DNA from: Nitratidesulfovibrio vulgaris str. Hildenborough
Lineage (GTDB): Bacteria > Desulfobacterota > Desulfovibrionia > Desulfovibrionales > Desulfovibrionaceae
Length of the DNA stretch: 32,000 nucleotides
Reading direction: 5' to 3'
Assembly: GCF_000195755.1 (NCBI RefSeq)
Contig: NC_002937.3
Location: 3,060,001-3,092,000, forward strand
Shown here: positions 6,958 through 13,820 of the stretch, piece after piece
Layout of the letters: each line of letters opens with the position of its first letter
Numbering within the stretch: the first letter of the stretch is position 1
Made by a program: the position numbers and the translations under genes
Notes under the pieces: model-generated
Told to the model about the DNA's origin: nothing
Seen by the model: only the letters and a program-made list of their open reading frames with translations
The model's database searches: none

Positions 6958-8382
6958 ATGAAGCAAGCATCCCTGCCAGCAGGTGCCCGGATAGCCGGGC
7001 TCGTCGGGCGCGAACTCGCGCTCGGCCCGGTCTTCGACGCCATCCCCACCGGGTTGGCGGTGCTCGATGCCGACCTGCGCATATGCCTGATGAACCGCGC
7101 CCTTGAGACCATGACGGGGTTCACCACCGCCGAGGTGGCGGGCATCCCCTGCCGGCATGTCCTTCGGGCCAGCGTATGCCTGCACCGCTGCCCTACCCGC
7201 ACCGCTGTCTGCGATGCCACCGGCGGCAACGCGCCATGCCATGCACAAGAAGGCGACCTGCTCAACCGCCATCGCCGCCGCATTCCCGTGCGCCTGACCC
7301 TCGCCCCTCTCCATGATGCGCAGGGGCAGCTGTGCGGCTGGCTGCATACCGCCGAAGACCTTTCGCTCGTCCGTGAGCTTGAAGAACGGTGCAGCAAGGG
7401 GCAGGCATCCGGGCCACTGGTGGGGCGCAGCGTGGTGATGGAGGAACTCTTCCGTACCGTGCAGGCCCTTGCCCAGACCGAGACCCCCGTGCTCATCACG
7501 GGCGAGACGGGCACAGGCAAGGACGCCGTGGCCGAGACCATCCACAAGGCATCACCGCGCGGTCGCGAACCGTTCGTCAAGGCCAGCCTGTCATCCCTTC
7601 CCGATTTTCTGGTGGAGTCCGAACTGTTCGGCCACCGCAAGGGCGCGTTCCCCGGGGCCGAAGAGGACAAGCCCGGCCGTTTCAGGATGGCACAGGGCGG
7701 TACGTTGTGCCTGTCCGAGTTGGGCGACCTGCCCCCCGCCATGCAGGGACGGCTCGTGACGTTCCTCGACGAGGGACTGGTCTGGCCCGTGGGCGCCACA
7801 GACCCCGTCAGGTGCGACGTGCGCCTGCTCGTTGCCAGCAACCTCGACCTGGAGGCCATGGTCGCTTCCGGAAGGCTGCGCGAAGACCTCTACAGCAGAC
7901 TGGCAGCCGTGCGCATCCACCTGCCCCCGCTACGCGAACGGGGCGAAGACCTCGAGTTCCTGCTCAGCCACTACCTTGCCCATTTCGCCGCCAGATTGCG
8001 CAAGACCATACACGGGTTCTCCGGCAAATCTCTGCGCGTGCTGCTTGCCTACGGCTTTCCGGGCAACGTGCGTGAGCTCAAGAACATCGTCGAGTACGCC
8101 GCGACCCTGTGTACGGGCGAGGTCGTCATGCCCTCGCACCTGCCGGCCTACCTCTTCCACACGCGTCCGGCAGCCGCACCCCCGCGTGCCATCGAACGCG
8201 ACACCCCCAAGGGTGCCGCCGAAGACGAGGCATCAGCCCGCAGCAGCGTCGTCGACCTCGAACGCCGTCTCATCGTGGACGCACTGGCACGCGCCGGAAA
8301 CCGCAAGGGCGAGGCCGCCCGCATCCTCGGCTGGGGCAGAAGCACCCTGTGGCGCAAGATGAAACAGTTCGGACTGGAGTGA
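6958..8382 (+). CDS. Sigma-54-dependent transcriptional activator with an N-terminal PAS domain (PAS-AAA+-HTH)
   Basis: PAS-like N-terminus (FDAIPTGLAVLDADLRICLMNRALETMTGFTTAEVAGIPC). AAA+ core (GETGTGKD, LCLSELGDL, FPGNVRELKN). C-terminal HTH (GNRKGEAARILGWGRSTLWRKM). The sigma-54 contact loop reads GAFPGA instead of GAFTGA. The start could alternatively be 6895 (21 extra codons). Confidence 0.85.
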   Translation: MKQASLPAGARIAGLVGRELALGPVFDAIPTGLAVLDADLRICLMNRALETMTGFTTAEVAGIPCRHVLRASVCLHRCPTRTAVCDATGGNAPCHAQEGDLLNRHRRRIPVRLTLAPLHDAQGQLCGWLHTAEDLSLVRELEERCSKGQASGPLVGRSVVMEELFRTVQALAQTETPVLITGETGTGKDAVAETIHKASPRGREPFVKASLSSLPDFLVESELFGHRKGAFPGAEEDKPGRFRMAQGGTLCLSELGDLPPAMQGRLVTFLDEGLVWPVGATDPVRCDVRLLVASNLDLEAMVASGRLREDLYSRLAAVRIHLPPLRERGEDLEFLLSHYLAHFAARLRKTIHGFSGKSLRVLLAYGFPGNVRELKNIVEYAATLCTGEVVMPSHLPAYLFHTRPAAAPPRAIERDTPKGAAEDEASARSSVVDLERRLIVDALARAGNRKGEAARILGWGRSTLWRKMKQFGLE

Positions 8383-8385
8383 CCC

Positions 8386-8733
8386 ATGCCCGCGACACTG
8401 CTCATCCCCCTCTACCGCGACGAGGTCGCACCACGCTTCGACCTCGCCGGTGAAGTGCTGCTCGTGACCCTCGACGCCGAAGGGACCGAGACGGAACGCT
8501 CCAGCGTCGTGCTTGCCCATGCCTCTTCCGAGGACATCTGCCGCATGGCACTGGAAGAGAAGGTCCGCACCGTCATATGCAGCGGCATTGACGAGGAATT
8601 CTGGCAGTACCTGCGCTGGAAGCGTATTGAGGTCATCGACAACGTCATCGGCCCGGTCGAGGAGGCGTTGCGACGTCATGCGGCCGGAATGCTCCGTTCA
8701 GGCGACATCCTCTTCCACAGGGAGGGGGCATGA
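8386..8733 (+). CDS. Small NifX/NifB-C-terminal/NafY-fold protein (dinitrogenase FeMo-cofactor-binding-like domain family)
   Basis: 115 aa. Starts 3 nt after the activator stop. The pattern VAPRFDLAGEVLLVTLD ... VRTVICSGIDEEFWQYLRWKRIEVIDNVIGPVEEAL resembles the family pattern (V-x-P-H-F-G ... V-D-V-V-I-x-G-x-I-G ... G-I-x-V ... EAL). The call rests on similarity by eye only. Confidence 0.6.
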   Translation: MPATLLIPLYRDEVAPRFDLAGEVLLVTLDAEGTETERSSVVLAHASSEDICRMALEEKVRTVICSGIDEEFWQYLRWKRIEVIDNVIGPVEEALRRHAAGMLRSGDILFHREGA

Positions 8734-10463
8734 AGAACCCGCTAGGCACCATGCTCTCGCGTCTGCGCTCGGTGTTCGACGTTCCGGATGAGATCGCGCC
8801 GGAACGCTACCGCATGCTGCGGCGCAAGATAACGCTGCTCATGACGGCGGTGTCGGTTCTGCCGCTGCTCATCCTCACCGCCGTAAGCTACCACCAGTAC
8901 CAGAGCACCCTCACCCGCGAAATCGTCACCCCCGTGCGGGCGCTGGTGAACAAGACCCGCCACTCGTTCGAACTGTTCCTTGCCGAACGGTCGTCCACCG
9001 TGAGCCTTCTCGCCAAGACCTATTCCATGGCGGAACTTTCCGACGAGAAGAACCTCAACCGCATCTTCCTCGCGCTCAAGGGCGAGTTCCCCGGCTTCGT
9101 CGACCTCGGGGTCATCGACGGCAGGGGCGTGCAGGTGGGCTATGTCGGGCCGTACGACGTACGGGGGAAGAACTACTCCGAGGCGGACTGGTACAACCGC
9201 ACCCGCGTGAAGGGTGTCTACATCAGCGACGTGTTCATGGGTTTCAGGCGCTTTCCGCACATCGCCATCGCCGTGCAGCGCATGAACCCCGACGGCAGTT
9301 CGTGGATGCTTCGCGCCACCATCGAGACCACGCAGTTCGACAGGCTCATCGCCTCCATGGGGCTCGACCCGGAGAGTGACGCCTTCCTCATCAACACCGC
9401 CGGAGTACTCCAGACCAACTCGCGCTTCTACGGCAATGTGCTCGACGTGATGCCCATGCCGGTGCCCCACCTGAGCTACGAGCCCTCGATCATCGACACG
9501 GAAGATCCCGAGGGCAGGCAGATTTTCCTCTCTTCAGCCTTTCTGCAGAATGCCGACTTCGCCATCGTGGCGGTCAAGCCCAAGACCGAGATCCTGCGCC
9601 CGTGGACATCGCTGCGCAGCGACCTTCTGATTTTCGTCGCCTTCAGTGTCGCCCTCATCATCTCAGCGGCCTTCGGCTTCACCGACATGCTCGTACGACG
9701 CATGCGCGACAGCGACGAACGGCGCATCGCCGCCTTCGTGCAGATAGAGCACACCCAGAAACTCTCCTCCATCGGCAGGCTGGCGGCGGGCGTCGCCCAC
9801 GAAATCAACAACCCCCTCGCCATCATCAACGAAAAGGCGGGCCTTGCGGCAGACCTCATCGCGCTTTCGCAGGACTTTCCGCAGAAAGAACGCTTCTCGG
9901 CCATCGTCGAGGCCATCTCGCGTTCTGTCGACCGTTGCCGGTCCATCACGCACAGGCTTCTCGGCTTCTCGCGCCGCATGGACGCCACCTACGAGCAACT
10001 CGACGTCAACGGCATCCTCAAAGAGACCATGAGCTTCCTGGAACAGGAGGCCGTGCACCGTTCCATCACCATCGGCACCAGTCTCGACGCGGGGCTGCCA
10101 CGCATCACCTCCGACAGGGGGCAGTTGCAGCAGGTCTTCCTCAACATCATCAACAACGCCTTCGCCGCAGTGCAGGACGGTGGTTCCGTGACGCTCACCA
10201 CGTTCGCAGCGGACGGCGGCATGGTGGGCGTCTCGATACAGGACAACGGAAAGGGCATGTCTGAAGAAGTGCAGCGGCACATCTTCGAACCGTTCTTCAC
10301 CACCAAGAAGACGGCGGGGACGGGCCTAGGCATGTTCATCACCTACGGCATCATCAAGCGACTGGGCGGAGAGATCGGCATCAACAGCAGGGAGGGCGTT
10401 GGCACCACCGTCACCGTCTACCTGCCGCAGGACGCGCCCGCACCGCAATCGCTGGAGAACTAG
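8730..10463 (+). CDS. Sensor histidine kinase with a periplasmic Cache-like domain (TM-sensor-TM-HisKA-HATPase)
   Basis: 577 aa. The ATG overlaps the preceding stop (ATGA at 8730-8733). TM helices LLMTAVSVLPLLILTAVSY and LLIFVAFSVALIISAAFGF flank a ~250-aa extracytoplasmic region. H-box AAGVAHEINNPLAII, N-box FLNIINNAFAA, G-boxes IQDNGKGM and GTGLGM. Confidence 0.9.
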   Translation: MKNPLGTMLSRLRSVFDVPDEIAPERYRMLRRKITLLMTAVSVLPLLILTAVSYHQYQSTLTREIVTPVRALVNKTRHSFELFLAERSSTVSLLAKTYSMAELSDEKNLNRIFLALKGEFPGFVDLGVIDGRGVQVGYVGPYDVRGKNYSEADWYNRTRVKGVYISDVFMGFRRFPHIAIAVQRMNPDGSSWMLRATIETTQFDRLIASMGLDPESDAFLINTAGVLQTNSRFYGNVLDVMPMPVPHLSYEPSIIDTEDPEGRQIFLSSAFLQNADFAIVAVKPKTEILRPWTSLRSDLLIFVAFSVALIISAAFGFTDMLVRRMRDSDERRIAAFVQIEHTQKLSSIGRLAAGVAHEINNPLAIINEKAGLAADLIALSQDFPQKERFSAIVEAISRSVDRCRSITHRLLGFSRRMDATYEQLDVNGILKETMSFLEQEAVHRSITIGTSLDAGLPRITSDRGQLQQVFLNIINNAFAAVQDGGSVTLTTFAADGGMVGVSIQDNGKGMSEEVQRHIFEPFFTTKKTAGTGLGMFITYGIIKRLGGEIGINSREGVGTTVTVYLPQDAPAPQSLEN

Positions 10464-10466
10464 CCC

Positions 10467-10853
10467 ATGCAGGATCTGAAGGTCTTACTCGTCGACGACG
10501 AAGAGGAGTTCGTCACCACCCTTTCCGAACGTCTGGCACTGCGGGGCCTTGCCACACGTGTGGCCATGGACGGCGAACAGGCGTTGCGCGAAGTGCAGAA
10601 CGACCCTCCCCATGTGGTGGTGCTCGACCTCATGATGCCGGGCATCAAGGGTACCGAGACGCTACGCCGCATCAAGGCGATGCATCCGGGCGTGCAGGTC
10701 ATCCTGCTCACCGGGCACGGCAGCACACGCGACGGTATCGAAGGCATGCGCCTCGGGGCCTTCGACTACCTCACCAAACCCCTGCGGCTTGAAGACCTGC
10801 TGGAGAAGCTGCGCGAGGCCGGAGCACTGGCCCGCACGGCCATGGGAGCCTGA
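10467..10853 (+). CDS. Stand-alone response-regulator receiver (CheY-like, no output domain)
   Basis: 128 aa, starting 3 nt after the kinase stop. LLVDDEEEF, phospho-acceptor context VVVLDLMMPG, LTGHGS, conserved LTKP. Confidence 0.9.
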   Translation: MQDLKVLLVDDEEEFVTTLSERLALRGLATRVAMDGEQALREVQNDPPHVVVLDLMMPGIKGTETLRRIKAMHPGVQVILLTGHGSTRDGIEGMRLGAFDYLTKPLRLEDLLEKLREAGALARTAMGA

Positions 10854-10854
10854 C

Positions 10855-11514
10855 ATGCGCGAGAACGCCTGTGTGGGATGTCTCACCGCATCCGCATCGC
10901 ACGAACTGCAGAACGCCCTCGCGGTCATCCGCGAATCTGCCGGCCTGATGCAAGACCTCATCGCCCTTGGCGGAGAGAACATCCCCCGGCGTGAGCGCAT
11001 CGTCGAACTGCTCTCTCTCATCCAGCAGCAGGTGGCGCGCGGCGGCGAGTTGGCGGGGGGGCTCAACACCCTTGGTCACGCATGGGAAGAGGATGACGGC
11101 GACCTCGCCCGCATCCTCGAAGAGTTCGTCATCCTTGCCGGGCGCATGGGCAGGATGCGTTCCGTCACCGTGGGACTGGCACCGGGCGAAAGCGGCTTGC
11201 GCGCGCCGAGTGCGGGGCTTGCCTTGCGAGTGCTGCTGTTCGACCTTTTGCAGACCTGCCTTGAAGAGGCTCCCGGTTGCGCGCTCACCTTCGCCCCGGC
11301 AAGGCGCGACGGCATTCCCGGAATACATCTGCGAGTAGGACTGGCACGTTGCGACGCGACTACAGACGTACTGCGCCGACTCGACGCGCAACTTGCCCGT
11401 CTCGGAGCCCGTAAGGAGCCCGACAACGGGCACGGAACGCCCGCAAGGGACGAACCGGACGGAGTGTTGTACTATTTCACGGCCTGTCCCTCTGCAACAG
11501 GGCACAGGGCATAG
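10855..11514 (+). CDS. Soluble histidine-kinase-like protein with an intact H-box but a degenerate ATP-binding domain (pseudo-kinase or phosphotransfer candidate)
   Basis: In-frame ATG 1 nt after the receiver stop; the track ORF start at 10789 overlaps the receiver gene. 219 aa. H-box SASHELQNALAVIRESAGL (His codon at 10900-10902). The region where the N-box is expected reads LLFDLLQTCLEE, with no Asn. No DxGxG or GxGxG motifs were found. Confidence 0.7.
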   Translation: MRENACVGCLTASASHELQNALAVIRESAGLMQDLIALGGENIPRRERIVELLSLIQQQVARGGELAGGLNTLGHAWEEDDGDLARILEEFVILAGRMGRMRSVTVGLAPGESGLRAPSAGLALRVLLFDLLQTCLEEAPGCALTFAPARRDGIPGIHLRVGLARCDATTDVLRRLDAQLARLGARKEPDNGHGTPARDEPDGVLYYFTACPSATGHRA

Positions 11515-11633
11515 CGGTTTTTGCTTCCGTGCGACGCCGGTTTCATATATGATACGTACATGACTGCTCATCTGAAACAATTGAAACATACCGTGACAGT
11601 ACATTGCCACATATGTTTCGGAGGAGATCAGAA

Positions 11634-11933
11634 ATGAAACGTATCCGCGAAGCACTGGAACGCAGTTTTGCCGGGGCGGCCTTCGCCGAAGCCGGTGCCC
11701 ACGACGAGGCCCTTGCCATGGCAGGTATCACCCCGCTGGTGGGATGTGCCACAAGCGTGGAGGACATGTTCGCAGCCGTCGCTTTCGCCGAAGCCGGTTG
11801 CCGTGAAGAAGCCCTTGAGGTTCTCGGTTGTGTGAGGCCCGTACGCCGGGTCATCCATTCCGACTTCCTCAGCAGCGTGGGACTTGGCGAAGTGCCCGTG
11901 TGGTACGGCCTTGCCCCGGCCATGACGAATTAG
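11634..11933 (+). CDS. Hypothetical small protein with an internal duplicated FAEAG-x3-EAL motif
   Basis: 99 aa. GGAGGAG 6-7 nt upstream of the ATG at 11634 (the track ORF starts at 11604). The two motif copies are encoded by an exact 15-nt DNA repeat TTCGCCGAAGCCGGT at 11682-11696 and 11784-11798. No recognisable family. Confidence 0.6.
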   Translation: MKRIREALERSFAGAAFAEAGAHDEALAMAGITPLVGCATSVEDMFAAVAFAEAGCREEALEVLGCVRPVRRVIHSDFLSSVGLGEVPVWYGLAPAMTN

Positions 11934-12131
11934 GCAACGCGAAGCGCCGCAAGGTCTTCCGTCGCGCTGCCTGCACGACGCCACGCCGCAGAGATGCGTG
12001 GCACAACGCCGCGCCCCCGCACACAGGAGGCAGGGGCGCGCGGAAGACCGCATACGATCACCACGCCGGGCGACCGGCCCGGCGACGGCGCAACCGCTTG
12101 CCGATAACCGAATGAGCCAAGGAGAGCAGTC

Positions 12132-12587
12132 ATGAAGGGTATCAAGGTCATGCTCGTGGACGACGAGGAAAGCTTCGTCCGTACACTTGCCGAACGTATG
12201 CAGATGCGCGACGCGGGTACCAAGGTCGCCCTCACCGGCGAAGAGGCACTGCAACTCGTCTCCACCGGCGAAGTGCCCGACGTCATGGTGCTCGACCTGC
12301 GCATGCCCGGCGTGGACGGCATGGAAGTGCTGCGCCGCGTGAAGAAGGACTACCCCAAGGTGCAGGTCATCGTCCTCACCGGCCATGGCACGGAGAAGGA
12401 CGAAGAGGAGGCCCGCAGGCTTGGCGCCTTCGAATATCACAAGAAGCCCGTGGATATCGACATCCTCGTCCGCGACATCCGCCGGGCCTTCCGCGAGACC
12501 CTCGAAGACACCATGGTGGCCGCCACCCTTGCACAGGCTGGCGACTACGAGGGGGCCAAGCAGATTCTCGACGAAAGCGACAAGTAG
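12132..12587 (+). CDS. Response-regulator receiver with a short C-terminal tail (no DNA-binding or enzymatic output)
   Basis: 151 aa. AAGGAGAG 5 nt upstream. MLVDDEESF, VMVLDLRMPG, LTGHGT, HKKP. The ~30-aa tail contains LAQAGDYEGAKQIL. Confidence 0.9.
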   Translation: MKGIKVMLVDDEESFVRTLAERMQMRDAGTKVALTGEEALQLVSTGEVPDVMVLDLRMPGVDGMEVLRRVKKDYPKVQVIVLTGHGTEKDEEEARRLGAFEYHKKPVDIDILVRDIRRAFRETLEDTMVAATLAQAGDYEGAKQILDESDK

Positions 12588-12600
12588 CCCAGTACGGGCC

Positions 12601-13725
12601 ATGCGGGTTCTTCTCGTCGACGACGAAGAGGCGTTCGTCAACCTGTTGGCGGAACGCCTCGAGACACGGGGCATCACGGTGCTTGTCGCCCATGATGTGG
12701 CCTCGGCACTCGACCTGCTGGCGGCACATCCTGTCGATGTGGCGGTGCTGGATGTCTGCATGCCCGGACGCGACGGTCTCGACCTGTTGCGGGTCATGCG
12801 GGAACGCCACCCTCTCGTGGAGGCGCTCATGCTGACCGGCTCGTCGGATGTCCGCAACGCCGTCGAGGGAATGCGACTCGGGGCCTGCAACTACCTGCTC
12901 AAACCCGTCGACATCGAAGAGTTGCTCCGTGAACTGCGTCTCGCCCATGAACGCAAGATACGCCGCGAAGAGAGCGCCCGCATGATCGAGGCGGGCAAGC
13001 TCGCCTCGATGGGCCGCATGGCGGAAGGCGTGGCGCACGAGATCAACAACCCCGTCAATATCATCGCCAACGCTGCGGGCTGGATCGAAGACCTGCTCGA
13101 AGAGCCGGACATCGCATCCGGCCCGCACGTGGCGGAGATGCGCCGCACGCTCGCCAAGATCAAACAGCAGGGCGTGCGTGTGCGCGAAATCACCCGCAAA
13201 CTGCTCTGCTTCGGACGCGGTCTCGACCCCCGACCGCAACCTGTGGCCTGTGCCACGCTACTGCGCGAGACACTGCAACTCGTCGCCAGCCGCTGTGAGG
13301 CCCTTGCCGTGGACGTGGTGGTAGACCTGCCCGAAGGGCTGCCCGAGATCATGGCCCCGCCCGTGGAATTGCGGCAGGTCTTCCTGCATGTGATCGAGAA
13401 CGCGCTGGATGCCATGGAAGAGAACGGCGGCACGCTCACGGTCAGACTCAGGCTCATGCACGGGCAGGACGAAGAGCACGACGCCTTGCACGTGGCCATC
13501 ACCGACACGGGACACGGCATCGCACCGGCCCTGTTGCCGCGCGTCTTCGACCCCTTCTTCTCGACCCGCAGCGTCGGCAGGGGCATGGGCCTCGGACTTT
13601 CGGTGAGTTACGGCGTGGTACGTGCCCTTGGCGGTGACATCAACCTCACCAGCGACCCCGGACGCACGGTCTGTTCCATTCGCCTGCCGCTGACCGCGAA
13701 ACCGCCCTGCGCCCGCGAGGCGTGA
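12601..13725 (+). CDS. Cytoplasmic hybrid receiver-histidine kinase (REC-HisKA-HATPase)
   Basis: In-frame ATG at 12601, 13 nt after the preceding stop; the track start at 12385 overlaps the upstream gene. 374 aa. REC domain (LLVDDEEAF, VAVLDVCMPG, LLKP). H-box AEGVAHEINNPVNII, N-box HVIENALDA, G-boxes ITDTGHGI and GMGLGL. No TM segments. Confidence 0.85.
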   Translation: MRVLLVDDEEAFVNLLAERLETRGITVLVAHDVASALDLLAAHPVDVAVLDVCMPGRDGLDLLRVMRERHPLVEALMLTGSSDVRNAVEGMRLGACNYLLKPVDIEELLRELRLAHERKIRREESARMIEAGKLASMGRMAEGVAHEINNPVNIIANAAGWIEDLLEEPDIASGPHVAEMRRTLAKIKQQGVRVREITRKLLCFGRGLDPRPQPVACATLLRETLQLVASRCEALAVDVVVDLPEGLPEIMAPPVELRQVFLHVIENALDAMEENGGTLTVRLRLMHGQDEEHDALHVAITDTGHGIAPALLPRVFDPFFSTRSVGRGMGLGLSVSYGVVRALGGDINLTSDPGRTVCSIRLPLTAKPPCAREA

Positions 13726-13820
13726 AGACCCGCGGGACCAGCCGCCCCGAATCTCCCCATCCCGCGCTGTCGTGGCCGCTGTATCCGGCGACGTATCGAA
13801 GCGTGTCCTGTGCCCCCGTG

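Noticed and set aside
11594-11608. GTGACAGTACATTGCC upstream of the 99-aa gene, resembling a -24/-12 promoter. The TGGCAC at 1705-1710, next to the tRNA promoter, was rejected for a similar reason.
   Set aside because: In the first, the GG dinucleotide is replaced (TGAC) and the spacing to TTGC is off by one. The second has no -12 element and overlaps a much better sigma-70 -35 box.
11999-12040. Perfect TGGCAC hexamer at 11999-12004, with an 8-bp all-GC hairpin (12010-12017 / 12033-12040), in the 198-nt spacer before the receiver gene at 12132
   Set aside because: No TTGC lies at the required N5 spacing (the sequence reads CGCG there), so it is not a credible sigma-54 promoter. The hairpin lacks a U-tract and may simply reflect GC richness.
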